DNA of 64,000 nt, from contig CAWJDT010000005.1 in NCBI GenBank assembly GCA_963841735.1, positions 96,001 to 160,000 of the forward strand, read 5' to 3'. Positions 1-11,364 of this stretch are shown in pieces; position 1 is the first letter of the stretch; every line of letters begins with the position of its first letter. The DNA is from an uncultured Actinomycetes bacterium (GTDB lineage: Bacteria; Actinomycetota; Thermoleophilia; RBG-16-64-13). The notes below the pieces were generated by a model. It was not told the origin of the DNA. It ran no database searches and was given only the letters and a program-made list of their open reading frames with translations. The translations under genes and the position numbers were made by a program.

Positions 1-2325
1 TCCAGGGCATAGGCCAGCACGGCCTTGCCCATCGCTGTCGTCGCCACTCCCGCAACCTTGTCCGCCGCGCTTCCGGCCCGAACGGAACCGATGTCGTTGC
101 TCAGCTCCATGATGGCCGAAAGCGCCGTGTTAAAGCGAAAACGCTCACCCGTGTCCGCAGAGACCTTCTGGATCACCTGGTTGGCCTTCACCAGCAGGGC
201 AAGCTCCGCAGTCGACAGTATCGATGAGTCGAAGTCCGGCCCCGAGCCCGGACCCTCGCGCTCCGCCCAACAAGCCTTCGTCCAGCGCGTCGGTCACCTG
301 CCGCCACACCCGGCCCAAGAACCTGTACACGCCCTCGACGCCCTGGTCGTTCCACTCCGCGTCGCTCTCAGCCGGGCCCATGAAGAGCACGTAGCTGCGC
401 ACCGAGTCGGCCCCGTACTTGCTCACCATCTCATCAGGGCTCACCACGTTGCCCTTGCTCTTGGACATCTTGGCGCCCTTGTAGTAGATCATCCCCTGGG
501 TGAACAAGTTCTTGAACGGTTCCTCAAAACCCACCAGACCCAGATCGTAGAGCACCTTGGTGAAGAAGCGGGAGTACATCAAGTGCAGGATGGCGTGCTC
601 GACGCCCCCGATGTATTGGTCCACCGGCAGCCAGTAGTCCACGGCCTCCCGGTCGAAGGCCACGTCGTCCCGGTCGGCGGAAGCGTAGCGCAGGTAGTAC
701 CAGGACGAGTCCACGAAGGTGTCCATGGTGTCGCTCTCCCGCCGGGCGGTTCCGCCACAAGTGGGACAGGTGGTGCTCATCCACTGCTCGGCGGCGGCCA
801 GAGGCGACTTGCCCTTGGGAGCGTAGTCGGTGATCTCGGGAAGCAACACCGGAAGCTGGTCGTCGGGCACCGGCACCTCGCCGCACTTCTCGCAGTACAC
901 GATTGGTATTGGTGCGCCCCAGTAGCGCTGTCGCGACACCAGCCAGTCGCGCAGCTTGTAGTTGACGGCGAAGTCGGCCTTGCCCTGCTCCTTGAGCCAC
1001 TCGGTCACCTTGACGATGCCGTCGGCCTTAGCCAGCCCGTCGAACCGGCCGCTGTTGACCAACACCCCGTCGCCCGCATACGCGCCGGTCAGCCTGCCGG
1101 CGGCGTCCTTGAACTCGGCCGGAGTCTGGATGACCTCGATCACCTCCAGCCCGTACTTTGTGGCGAAGGCAAAGTCGCGCTCGTCGTGGCCGGGAACAGC
1201 CATGACAGCCCCTGTGCCGTAGTCCATGAGCACGTAGTCGGCCACGTAGACGGGGATCTTCCCGCCTGTGACCGGATTGACGGCGTGGCGCCCGGTGAAC
1301 ACCCCGGTCTTCTCTTTCTCGATGCTCGACCGCTCGATAGCCGAGGTCGACATGGCTTTGGCCACGTAGCGCTTGACCTCAGCCTCTCGGGGCAGCCCAC
1401 GTACCAACTCGTCCACCAAGGGGTGCTCCGGAGCCAGCAGAAAGAACGTCGCCCCGAACAGCGTGTCGGGCCGCGTGGTGAAAACGGTGACGTTGGTGGG
1501 CTCGCCATTCGTCGAGGCCGGAACGGCCGGGCCGGCCTCTGGGCCGCCACTGCCGATGACGCCCACTGCCCCGGACTCCACCGGTGCGATGGTGAAGACT
1601 ACGTCAGCGCCCACAGACTTGCCGATCCAGTTGCGCTGCATGGTGAGCACCCGCTCGGGCCACGACTCCAACTTGGTGATGTCGGTCAGCAGCCGCTCGG
1701 CGTAGTCGGTGATGCGGAAGAACCACTGCGTCAGCTTCTTGGCTTCCACCAAACTGTCACAGCGCTCGCACGCCCCTTCGATGACCTGCTCGTTCGCCAA
1801 GACGGTCTGGCACGATGGACACCAGTTGACCGGCGCTTCCTTCTTATACGCGAGACCCTTCTTGTAAAGCTGCAGAAAGAGCCACTGCGTCCATTTGTAA
1901 TACTCAGGCCGGCAGGTAACTACCTCCCGGGTCCAATCGATGGACACGCCCAGGCGACGGAGTTGCCTGTTGATGGTGGTGATAGCCTCTTCGGTGAACT
2001 TGGCCGGTGGCTCCCCGGTCTTGATGGCCATGTTCTCGGAGTTGAGCCCGAAGGCGTCGTAGCCCATGGGGTGCAGCACACGCTGGCCCTGGTGGCGCCG
2101 GAAGCGGGCGATGACGTCGCCCATGGTGTAGTTCTTGACGTGCCCCATGTGGGCGCTGCCCGATGGGTACGGGAACATCTCGAGAACGTAGGTGGCGTCG
2201 GACCCTTTGCCGCCCCCCGCGGGCGCCGACCCGCTGGGCGGGTTGGGAAAGACAAAGGTCTGTTGCTCATCCCAGACCTTCTGCCACTTAGTCTCGATCC
2301 GCTCGGGTTCGTACTTTGAAGCCAT
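1..2325 (-). CDS. leuS: Leucine--tRNA ligase (runs off the window start; frameshift near 200-260)
   Basis: MFPYPSG..HMGH (HIGH) and KMSKS motifs, CP1 editing TTRPDT; another frame below ~230 continues with FRFNTALSAIMEL. Confidence 0.97.
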
Positions 2326-2919
2326 CTACGGTCCTTCCGATGTGTCAGTCATGAGCGGAGCCACGCAAACGCTCGCCGGCAACACGACCTGCAGTCGCCA
2401 GCAAGGCCCCAATGGCACATTATTCCAGCCACACTCGTCTCGTGCCAATGGCAGGGCAAACGCGTCCCTCCCACCACTCAGCTTACTGACGCGCGCCGCC
2501 GCCTGGAGTGAGCGCCACCCGTTGCTTTGCGGAGTCCTGGCAAGAGCAAGTGCGGCTTCTCCCCGCCTATACGAGGCTCCGTCCAACATGCCTTTGAACA
2601 CGGAGGGCACGACGAATACCAGCCGGGCACTGGACGAGCGGCGGGTGCCCTTCTCCCAAGCCACGTGCATAAGCGGGGAGAAGATCTCCAGGATGTGGCC
2701 TTCTCCTTCACCTGTAACAGCATCCGCGCTATCGTAGGCGGGAGAAACCGCGCCGCCGACCTGCAAGAGAGAGACCTCCTGGGCGTCTTCTCCCTCCGCG
2801 GGGGAGCGAAAGCGAGAGGCACCACCTGTACTCCCGGCTCATGAGCCGAGGCAAGACGTAGGCTTTGCCGGCGCCCACGATCCACGACGACCTCGGCGCT
2901 CGGTCGCGAGCGGTCGGAT

Positions 2920-4278
2920 CTAGTCAGAGATATCCGCCTCCTCTAGCACCGGCTCGTCCTCCGCATCGGAGCCTGCTTCCACCAGGTCGAACAGTCCGCC
3001 CGCCGCCCCCGCCGGCACGCCCTCGACGCCTCTGAGCTTGCGCTCGATGGTGCGGCTCTTGCGGGCGGCGTCGTCGATGGTGGTGCTGGCCTGCTCCAAC
3101 TTCTTGTGCACTTTCTCGAGCAGACCGCCGAACTGCCCGAACTGCGTCTTCACCGCTCCGAGCAGCTGCCAGACCTCGCTGGACCGCTGTTCGATGGCAA
3201 GGGTGCGGAAGCCCATCTGCAGACTGTTGAGTAGCGCGGACAGCGTCGTGGGCCCGGCTACTATCACCCTGAAGTCGCGCTGCAGGGCTTCAGCCAGACC
3301 GGGCCGGCGAAGCACCTCGGCGTAGAGTCCTTCGGTGGGCAGGAACATGATGCCGAAGTCGGTGGTGTGAGGCGGGTCGAGGTACTTGCTCTGGATGTCG
3401 CGGGCCGACAGCTTGACCCTGGTCTCCAGGGCTTTGAGGGCCTGCTCCATGGCGCAGGTATCGCCGAGCCCCTGAGCCTCGAGCATGCGCTGATAGTCTT
3501 CCACCGGAAACTTCGCATCGATGGGCAGCCAGACCGGCCCGCCGCCGCCGTCCTGGCCCGGCAGCCGCACCGCGTACTCCACCCTCTCCCCGCTGCCCGC
3601 CTTGCAGGCCACGTTGGCCTCGTACTGGTCGGGAGACAGCACCTGCTCGAGGATCATGCTCAGTTGGACCTCGCCCCAGGTGCCCCGCGTCTTGACGTTG
3701 GTAAGCACCCGCTTGAGATCGCCGACTCCCGCTGCCAGGGTCTGCATCTCGCCCAAACCGCGATGCACCGCTTCCAGGCGCTCGCTCACCTGCTTGAAGG
3801 AGTCTCCCAGCCGCTGCTCCAAAGTGGCTGCCAGGCGCTCGTCGACCGTCTGCCGCATCTGGTCGAGCTTTGTGGAGTTGTCCTCCTGCAACAGGCGCAG
3901 CCGGGTGTCCACGGTGTCGCGCAATTGGATCATCCGCTGCTCGTTAGAGCTGGTGAGCACCATCAGCTGCTCTGAGAACGCCGCCAGTTGGGACTTCTGT
4001 TGCGTGCCGAGCTGCCCCAAGGCCGTCACGCTGGAATCGCCCCACCCTCTAACGGCCTCAGCCACCTCCTGCCGCAGCTGCTGTGCGCCGCGGGCGCTCT
4101 CCTCCCGCCCGCGCTCCATCTCTTCGCGGACCAGCCGCTCGGTGCGTTCCTGCCCGAGGCCAAGCTCGCGCAAAGGTCTACCCAGAGAGTCCCTCCCTTG
4201 CCGGGCCAGCACCGCAAGCAGCAGCCCCACTGCCGCCGCCGCAAGAACAACCAAAACAATGCTGAGTGCGTTCGACAT
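2920..4278 (-). CDS. rmuC: DNA recombination protein RmuC
   Basis: N-terminal TM and coiled coil, KTRGTWGEVQL, LPIDAKFP, FGIMFLPTEGLYAE motifs. Confidence 0.93.
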   Translation of the reverse strand: MSNALSIVLVVLAAAAVGLLLAVLARQGRDSLGRPLRELGLGQERTERLVREEMERGREESARGAQQLRQEVAEAVRGWGDSSVTALGQLGTQQKSQLAAFSEQLMVLTSSNEQRMIQLRDTVDTRLRLLQEDNSTKLDQMRQTVDERLAATLEQRLGDSFKQVSERLEAVHRGLGEMQTLAAGVGDLKRVLTNVKTRGTWGEVQLSMILEQVLSPDQYEANVACKAGSGERVEYAVRLPGQDGGGGPVWLPIDAKFPVEDYQRMLEAQGLGDTCAMEQALKALETRVKLSARDIQSKYLDPPHTTDFGIMFLPTEGLYAEVLRRPGLAEALQRDFRVIVAGPTTLSALLNSLQMGFRTLAIEQRSSEVWQLLGAVKTQFGQFGGLLEKVHKKLEQASTTIDDAARKSRTIERKLRGVEGVPAGAAGGLFDLVEAGSDAEDEPVLEEADISD

Positions 4279-4424
4279 CGCGTACCTCCCTCCCGGTCGT
4301 GCGACTCGCCCCCCCGCCGTGGGGGGCGAGTCACCTCAAAAGCCTAGCACGCGGGTCGGACGGCTCGGCGCGTCCGGCCGGGAACGCCGGACGCGCTCAC
4401 CGCAATCCCGAACGGGTGGCCGGC

Positions 4425-6197
4425 CTAGTTGCCGCCCCAAGATATGGCCGGGACGGGAGAGTCGGACGTGTAGACGACGTAGTTGTGATTCCTGGCCCAC
4501 TTCCGCCCGGCAGCGTCGAGGATGTCGTTGCCGGAGTTGAGGCAGTCCAGCCCCATCTGCTTCTTGCCGTGTTCAAGCAAGGCCTGGCTGATCACCTCTT
4601 CGCTTCCGGCCTGCCCGAGCGCGATGTAGTAGAGGTAGTTGACGGCGATGAATTCCAAATCCTCGTTGGTCAAAGCCGCCGTGAACGAGGCGACGGCCTC
4701 AGGAGCCCATTCCGCTATCACCGCCAGACACATCGCAGCCGACAGGGAGTCTTCGCGGTCCTTGCCGGTCATGGTGGCAGTGAGGGCTGGCGCCGCACTC
4801 GCCCCCATACCCTGGAGCACCCACCACTTGAACTCGTAGTCAGAGGCGAGAACAGGCGCGACCGCCGGCTCGCCAATCTCCATCAAAGCGAATTCGGCCC
4901 AAAGGCCATGCTCGAAGCTCTTGTACTCCTCGAACGAGGTCTTGCTCGTGAGGTCCGCCAGCAGCCGTGGCACCATGTCCGCGGTCAACAGCTGACTGTC
5001 CACCTCGGGCACCGAAGCCTCATACATCCGCAGTAGCACTCCGATTGCACGATGCCGAACGCTGTCGTCGGCACTGTCGAGTTGCTCGACGACCTTCGGG
5101 ATCGCCGCAGCGCCGATGGTGGCGAGCACACCTGCAGCGCACGGTTGCAAAACAAGCGCAGCCACCACGTCCGGGACCGCATCCGCACCCATGCGCACCA
5201 ACAGGCCTTCCGCCCAGTCGGTTCTCGGGACCACCGTCAGGAGCGGGCCCACCACCGGTTGCCCGATCTCCAGCAGCACGGTCTCGGCTATCGTGTCACG
5301 CGCGTCATCGTAGCCGGCTTCAGCCCTAGCTTCGATCAGCAGCGGCACCCTTTCCGCCTTGACCAACTCAGGAGCCACAGCCATGCTGTCCCAGTCGAAC
5401 ATAAGCAACAGGACTCCCAAAGCGTTGTAGCGGGCCGTGATGTCGGAGCTGGCGAGCTCCTCCACCAACCTGGGCACCGCCGGCGCTCCCATGAGCACCA
5501 GTACGTCGTCGGCCCACTCCTTGTCGGCCAAAGCGGCGACGAGTACGTCCAGGGCAGGCCCGCCGATGTCCTCCAAGTACACCGAAGCAACCGCGCTGAG
5601 CTCCAGGGCCTTCGCGCCGGTTACGAGTCCGCCGGCCACCTGCCCCAGCCAGAGTATCGCCACGTCGGTCTTGAGAGCTTTCAGCGCGCCAAGACACCGG
5701 AACTGCAGAGACGTGACGTCGGGGATAGTCCCGCTGGAAGCCGAGGCGAAGCCCCCCAGACAATCGACGGCCGCGGCATTGCCGATGCATTGCAGGCAGT
5801 CCACGGTCTCTTCGAGATCTCGAACAGTACCCTCGCCGAATTCCTTGCCGGCCTCGGCGGCCTTCTGCACACTCGCGCTCAGCACCGCCGCGTACTCGTT
5901 CACCAGAGAGTCGAGTCCCGAGGAGGCAATGGCGTCGGCCGCGGCAGCGGTCACCAGTTCTTGTGTGGCCACCAGGGAGTGTCGGCCCGCCAGGTCGGCG
6001 GCGGCCTTCTGCCTGAGGGTGGCGTCCTGCTCCGTCTGAAGCGTACGGGCCAGATCCTCCGCGGATGTACAACCCGCGACCATGCAGGCGCACAATGAAA
6101 GCACGAATGCCAGCGCAATGGTGATCGCTAGGGAACGGCCCCTCCGCCCCGCACTTCCGTCGCGCCCCAAGCGCGCGCCAAGCGTCCCTCTCGCCAT
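4425..6197 (-). CDS. Putative lipoprotein with HEAT/PBS-lyase-like helical repeats
   Basis: Signal peptide with lipobox-like VAGC; repeated GAPAVPRLVEEL / GAAAIPKVVEQL / GEPAVAPVL units. Confidence 0.6.
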   Translation of the reverse strand: MARGTLGARLGRDGSAGRRGRSLAITIALAFVLSLCACMVAGCTSAEDLARTLQTEQDATLRQKAAADLAGRHSLVATQELVTAAAADAIASSGLDSLVNEYAAVLSASVQKAAEAGKEFGEGTVRDLEETVDCLQCIGNAAAVDCLGGFASASSGTIPDVTSLQFRCLGALKALKTDVAILWLGQVAGGLVTGAKALELSAVASVYLEDIGGPALDVLVAALADKEWADDVLVLMGAPAVPRLVEELASSDITARYNALGVLLLMFDWDSMAVAPELVKAERVPLLIEARAEAGYDDARDTIAETVLLEIGQPVVGPLLTVVPRTDWAEGLLVRMGADAVPDVVAALVLQPCAAGVLATIGAAAIPKVVEQLDSADDSVRHRAIGVLLRMYEASVPEVDSQLLTADMVPRLLADLTSKTSFEEYKSFEHGLWAEFALMEIGEPAVAPVLASDYEFKWWVLQGMGASAAPALTATMTGKDREDSLSAAMCLAVIAEWAPEAVASFTAALTNEDLEFIAVNYLYYIALGQAGSEEVISQALLEHGKKQMGLDCLNSGNDILDAAGRKWARNHNYVVYTSDSPVPAISWGGN

Positions 6198-6241
6198 GAG
6201 ATACCCCCCCTTGCCTTGGTGTAGAGCCTGAAGCGACTTGC

Positions 6242-6271
6242 ATACTACGTGCTGTCGGCTCGGGCTGTCAA
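6242..6271 (-). promoter_or_regulatory. Sigma70-type promoter TTGACA-N18-TAGTAT for the HEAT-repeat lipoprotein
   Basis: Minus strand TTGACA (6271-6266), 18-nt spacer, TAGTAT (6247-6242), ~45 nt upstream of ATG 6197. Confidence 0.6.
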
Positions 6272-6415
6272 ACGCTGCTTCCCCGTTCCCGACTGCACAC
6301 TCTGCACCATGACCTCAGAATCCGGCAGCAAGGGCTCAAAGTCCGAGACATCCCCTCGCGCGGATCAGCGTTGCGCCCAAAAGGCCGGCACCTGGCAGGC
6401 GCAATGGCACCTCGG

Positions 6416-7018
6416 TCAGCTCGCCGCCACCGACCCGGAGAGCAGCGCCCGCTTGAGGAACTCCAAGAAATACTCACCCTGCTCCTGCTCGGCGCGACCA
6501 GGGTCGTCGGCCAAAGCCCAGAACTCGGCCTCAGTCGGAGCCAAACTGTACTGCTCGAGAGTCGTCGGCCTCCCGTGCTGGTCGATCCCCAGCAGCAGGA
6601 ACTCACGCATAGTGGTGACCAACACCTGCCGATATGCTCCGAGGTAGCCGTGCATCTGCGGCGACGCCGCGACTACCCGCACATCTCCGGCGGGCGGCTT
6701 GACCTCGATCGCCCCCCGTGCGGGCTTCTGACCGCCCAGGGTGCGCAATTCGAAGTCGCTCAACACCGGTCGTCCGTCGGCCCCGGCGGCCTCGGCGGCC
6801 CGCCTACCGCGAATCTGGTCGGCAGTGAACAAGCCGCCGTCAGGCAGACCGGCGCCGTGGTTCTTGAGATTCATGAGACAGCGGACCTTGGGTCTCAGCC
6901 CTGCGCCTACTTCCTCCAGGAGCTGCCGCAGCGCAGCGTAGTACGAAAGCTCGGTGGCACCCTGGCCCGAAAGCTTGACGTCCCGCAGATCGCTCAGATA
7001 GTTCTCAAGTATCCCCAA
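6416..7018 (-). pseudogene. N-terminal fragment of a type IIG/ISP-like restriction-modification enzyme
   Basis: YLSDLRDVK..TELSYYAAL..GAGLPDGGLF..GAIEVKP..VLVTTMREFLLL resembles the nuclease N-terminus of large N6-methylase/REase fusions; ends at 200 aa with no methylase motifs. Confidence 0.65.
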
Positions 7019-7351
7019 CTGCCACCCCTTGTTGTGCTTGGGTTACACACCATGATAGTACGAAACGCGCACGGCCGAATCCCGAAACGGCCAGACCCTG
7101 CTACCAAGGGCTGACGCCCTTCGCGAGATCAGAGAGAGCACCGCCGGGTTCAGGTAAAGATCAAGGAGATGGCGATAAGACCAGGCGAGGACGCATATGA
7201 TACCGTCCAACCGTTGCTCAAGCCTCCCCGAGAGCTGGACCAGACCAGGCTGACCGCTCTCCTCGTCGAACCGGAAGAAGTGGAGGCTGTCAGAGTCGAG
7301 CAGACGCCCATGGGCTATGCAGACTGTCGGGCCCTCACCCCAGAAATCATG

Positions 7352-7389
7352 GGGGAAGCCCCGCAAGGGGGGGTTCGCAGGGCTTCCCC
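7352..7389. terminator. GC-rich hairpin downstream of uvrB and the ald remnant
   Basis: GGGGAAGCCC (7352-7361) / GGGCTTCCCC (7380-7389) inverted repeat; no clear U-tract. Confidence 0.45.
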
Positions 7390-7427
7390 TCTGACGGCCG
7401 AAGAACCTCCGATGCGGAGTCTCGGGC

Positions 7428-7706
7428 CTAGTTGCGATCGAAGGTCGCGCATGCTGTTCCCTGGCTATCCGCGTCCGCTTTGAGAACCAGTTTGCCCTGG
7501 ACAACGTTCAAGCCCTCAGTCGGAGCGGGGTCGTCTTTCGACTCTGCTCTGTATCCCATGTTAGCGAGTTTCGCCACTTATGGAAACCTGATGTTGATAA
7601 AGACCAGCATCGATGTCCGGGGCACACATCCCGGCATTTCGGCAACACACGCCATCGACACGCGATACTTGTTCTTCTTTACTTCCTTGGGAACTCCGAC
7701 GATCAT
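7428..7706 (-). pseudogene. ald: Collapsed alanine dehydrogenase remnant (not in ORF track)
   Basis: Manual translation MIVGVPKEVKKNKYRVSM-ACVAEMPGCVPRTSMLVFINIRFP*VAKLANMGYRAESKDDPAPTEGLNVVQGKL: Ald N-terminus fused to Ald C-terminus, internal TAA at 7578-7580, GGAGG RBS. Confidence 0.8.
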
Positions 7707-7760
7707 CCCGAATGCCTCCCCCGTATGTCTGGTGCCCCATATACCCAAGATGGCCCGGCG

Positions 7761-9791
7761 TCATGCATCGTTTCGCAAGACGGCGCCTGCGCCTCCGCCC
7801 CCCCGCAAACGAGCCAACTCCCGAGCCAGGTCTTTGATCTCGTCACGAAGCTTGGCGGCATACTCGAAGCGCAACTCCTCAGCGGCGGCGAACATCTCTT
7901 CCTCGAGAGTGGCCATGAGCCGCTCCATCTCCTCCACCGACATCTCCTCGCCCCGGGCGGTCCTACGCCGTTCCTTGTAGGGCACGCTTCCGCTTATGCC
8001 GAGCAACTCGGCGATGTCGGACACGGCTTTCACGATAGTACGAGGCTCAATGCCGTGCTCCAGGTTGAAGGCCACTTGCACCGCTCGACGACGGTCGGTC
8101 TCAGATATGGCCTTGTCCATGGCGGCCGTGCGTTTGTCGGCATACATGATCACCATGCCCTCCACGTTGCGGGCCGCCCGGCCGATAGTCTGGACAAGCG
8201 CCGTCTCACCCCGCAGGAAGCCTTCCTTGTCTGCGTCGAGGATCGCGACCAGCGTCACCTCAGGCAGGTCCAGCCCTTCCCGCAGCAGGTTGATGCCCAC
8301 CAACACGTCTATCTCGCCCAAGCGCAACTCGCGCACCACCTTGATGCGCTCGATGGTATTCACCTCGGAGTGCAGGTAACGCACCCGGAAACCCATCTCC
8401 AGCAGGTAGTCGGTCAGGTCTTCGGCCATCTTCTTGGTTAGGGTGGTGACCAAAGCGCGCTGGCCCTTGTCCACCCGGGCGCGGATCTCGTTCATGAGAT
8501 CGTCGATCTGGTGCTTGGTCGGCCGAACCTCCACCCGGGGGTCCACCAAACCGGTGGGGCGGACCAACTGCTCCACCACCTGGGTAGACACCGAGGTCTC
8601 CCACCCACCCGGTGTGGCCGAAACGAACACCAGTTGAGGCGCCCGCTCGATGAACTCCTCAAAACGCAGAGGCCGGTTATCCATTGCCGAAGGCAGACGG
8701 AAACCGTGCTCCACAAGCATGGTCTTGCGGCTGCGGTCGCCCTCGTACATGCCGTGGATCTGCGGCACGGTCATATGTGACTCATCGATGAACACCACGA
8801 AGTCCTTGGGAAAGAAGTCCAGCAGGGTGTACGGCGGCGACCCCGGCTCGCGCCCCGCGAGGATGCGGGAGTAGTTCTCGATGCCGTTGCAGTAGCCCAG
8901 TTCCCGCAGCATCTCCATATCGTACTGGGTACGCTGGCGCAATCGGAAGGCCTCCAATTGCTTGCCACGTGCTTCCAGCTCGGCCACCCGTGTCTCGAGT
9001 TCAGCCGCGATCTCGGTGATAGAACGTTCGATGGCATCCTCGGAAGTGACAAAGTGGGTGGCTGGATAGATAGCCACAGCCGGCAAACGGTCAACGATCT
9101 CCTGGGTAAGCGGATCGACTTTGACGATCTCTTCCACCTGATCGCCCCATAGTCTCACCTGCACCGCATAGTCGTCGTAGGCGGGCCAGACCTCGAAGCT
9201 ATCGCCCCGCACCCGGAATTTGCCCCGCGCGAAGCCGATATCGTTGCGTTCGTAGTGGATCTTCACCAACTTGGCGAACACCTCGTCACGGCTGATCTCG
9301 TCGCCCTGCTTCAGCAGCACCACCTGGCCCAGGTATTCCTGGGGCGAGCCCAGGCCGTAGATGCACGAGACCGAGGCCACTATCACCACGTCGCCACGCA
9401 TGAGCAGATCGGACGTGGCCGCGTGACGGAGCCGGTCGATCTCCTGATTGATGGAAGAATCCTTCTCTATGTAGGTGTCGGTAGCCGGCAAATACGCCTC
9501 CGGCTGATAGTAGTCGTAATACGAGACGAAGTACTCCACTGCGTTGTCGGGAAGAAACTCGCGGAACTCGTTGCAGAGCTGCGCGGCCAGAGTCTTGTTG
9601 GGCGCCATCACCAGCGCCGGCTTGCCCACCTGGGCGATGATGTTGGCCATGGTGAAGGTCTTACCCGAACCGGTGACTCCCAGCAGGGTCTGATAATGAT
9701 CGCCCCGTTCGAGACCCTCCACTAGGCGCGCCACGGCCTGGGGTTGGTCTCCCTGCAACTGGTACTCAGCCTGCAGACGAAAAAGACTCAT
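7761..9791 (-). CDS. uvrB: Excinuclease ABC subunit B
   Basis: [34 protein letters not shown]-terminal UVR domain. Confidence 0.98.
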   Translation of the reverse strand: MSLFRLQAEYQLQGDQPQAVARLVEGLERGDHYQTLLGVTGSGKTFTMANIIAQVGKPALVMAPNKTLAAQLCNEFREFLPDNAVEYFVSYYDYYQPEAYLPATDTYIEKDSSINQEIDRLRHAATSDLLMRGDVVIVASVSCIYGLGSPQEYLGQVVLLKQGDEISRDEVFAKLVKIHYERNDIGFARGKFRVRGDSFEVWPAYDDYAVQVRLWGDQVEEIVKVDPLTQEIVDRLPAVAIYPATHFVTSEDAIERSITEIAAELETRVAELEARGKQLEAFRLRQRTQYDMEMLRELGYCNGIENYSRILAGREPGSPPYTLLDFFPKDFVVFIDESHMTVPQIHGMYEGDRSRKTMLVEHGFRLPSAMDNRPLRFEEFIERAPQLVFVSATPGGWETSVSTQVVEQLVRPTGLVDPRVEVRPTKHQIDDLMNEIRARVDKGQRALVTTLTKKMAEDLTDYLLEMGFRVRYLHSEVNTIERIKVVRELRLGEIDVLVGINLLREGLDLPEVTLVAILDADKEGFLRGETALVQTIGRAARNVEGMVIMYADKRTAAMDKAISETDRRRAVQVAFNLEHGIEPRTIVKAVSDIAELLGISGSVPYKERRRTARGEEMSVEEMERLMATLEEEMFAAAEELRFEYAAKLRDEIKDLARELARLRGGGGAGAVLRNDA

Positions 9792-10660
9792 GCCCCGCCG
9801 GCGGCAGCGGCAGCCAGCCCCTCCTCGCCGGCGGCCCCGTCGACGGCCGCGAAGATCCCAGGATGGATGCGGGTGTACAGAAGCCAGTAGCGCTCCACCC
9901 GCTGCACAAACGCCCGGGTCTCTGGGAAATCGATGTCGCTCAAGTCGAATGTATCCGCTCCTCCGGCGGCTTCAATCCACCGGCCAACGTTTGTCGGACC
10001 CGCGTTGTAGGCGGCCAGCGCCGCGAGCAAGTGCTCTTCGCCGAACTTGGCAGTGAGATACTCAAGGTAGCAGGCACCCAATTCCAGGTTGTCGGCCGGG
10101 TCGGTGAGCTTGGGACTGCTATCGCCCCGCCAGATGTCGAGCCCGGACAACCACGCCGCGGTGTCGGGCATCAGCTGCATCAACCCCACGGCGCCCACCG
10201 GCGACACCGCCTGCGAGTCAAAACCGCTTTCCGTCTTGACCATGGCGGCGACCAGGTAGGGATCCAGACCATACTCTTCTGCAACGCGGGCGATGTCTTG
10301 CTGGTACTTGATAGGGAATAGGTTCTCGGACACCACAGGCACCACCGTCCGCCCGGTGACAATCAGAGCGACCGCGGTGGCAATCCCGCCGAGCACCACC
10401 AATAGTGCCACCAGGCGTAACAGCCGCCGTCGCTTCCGCCTGCCCCGAGCCCGGCCACCGCCAGTGGCGACTGAGCGCGCCCCCGACCCATCTGTATCGG
10501 TCGCCTGTACCAGTGCGTAGGTACCGGAGCCGCTCTCGCTCTCAGGGCTCGAGAACTGCTTGCCCGCCGAGGATGGACTGATCCAGTATCCCCGGTCTCG
10601 GCCGAGGCCGGGGCGACCAGAGGGGGCGGGCGGGAGCCGGGAGCCGGGATCCTCCGTCAT
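9788..10660 (-). CDS. Lytic transglycosylase (SLT domain), membrane anchored
   Basis: [36 protein letters not shown]; TM segment before the domain. Confidence 0.9.
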   Translation of the reverse strand: MTEDPGSRLPPAPSGRPGLGRDRGYWISPSSAGKQFSSPESESGSGTYALVQATDTDGSGARSVATGGGRARGRRKRRRLLRLVALLVVLGGIATAVALIVTGRTVVPVVSENLFPIKYQQDIARVAEEYGLDPYLVAAMVKTESGFDSQAVSPVGAVGLMQLMPDTAAWLSGLDIWRGDSSPKLTDPADNLELGACYLEYLTAKFGEEHLLAALAAYNAGPTNVGRWIEAAGGADTFDLSDIDFPETRAFVQRVERYWLLYTRIHPGIFAAVDGAAGEEGLAAAAAGGA

Positions 10661-11293
10661 AGGTCCCCCTGCTGAAGCGCGCAGGCCCGCGCGTGTGCTT
10701 CTTCTACGAAGCGGGCCAGCTTGTCCAATCCACCATCATTAAAGAAGACCAGCTCACTGCCCTCCACCCTCCGCTGCTGCGAAGCCTGTAGTGCCTCCAG
10801 CTCCGCGAACTGCTCCAGGCCGAACCCGTGAACCGAACGTAGCCGTCGCACCTCGGCCCCGGCTTCCACCGTAACCACTAGGTCAAACAGCCTCTCGTAA
10901 CCGGACTCGAACAGCAGAGGGACCTCGCACACCACCACAGTCCCCGCCGGCGCCGTCTCGATGGTCCGCTCGATCTCGTCCGCCACCAAAGGATGCACAA
11001 GTTCCTCCAGCCAGCGTAGCTCCTCCGGCCGGCCTTGCACGGCTCCGGCAAGACGCCACCGCTCCACCGCGCCGCTCTCGCCACGCACCGCGGGCCCAAA
11101 GTGCTCCGCTATCCGTTCAGACACGACGGTCCGCCGGTAAAACTCATGCACCAGACCGTCCGCCGATAGGGTCATGGCACCAAGGTTCTTGAACATCTCA
11201 AGAGCGGTGCTCTTCCCGGCTCCGATCCCACCGGTAAGGCCCACGGCTACGACCTCATGCCCCTTCCGGCTATGACGTCGCTCCCGGTTCATC
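10657..11293 (-). CDS. coaE: Dephospho-CoA kinase (start uncertain)
   Basis: VGLTGGIGAGKST P-loop, LVHPLV, EVPLLFE; located between rpsA and uvrB. Confidence 0.92.
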
Positions 11294-11364
11294 AACCCTC
11301 CAGAAAGACGGCGAGCGCCCGGAGGCGCTCCCGTATCACAGACTATCGACGCACGCACAGTCTC

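Noticed and set aside
25-2319. 764-aa plus-strand ORF, and similar long antisense ORFs (e.g. 30157-31983, 61350-62321)
   Set aside because: Shadow frames opposite real genes, expected in high-GC DNA; no recognisable motifs
2440-2490. T-box-like AAGCTGAGTGGT upstream of leuS
   Set aside because: Lacks the UGGNACC antiterminator bulge and a recognisable stem I or terminator
7043-7350. Weak DUF429-like LEQRLDGIICVLAW segment on the minus strand
   Set aside because: Too short, with no credible start or further motifs
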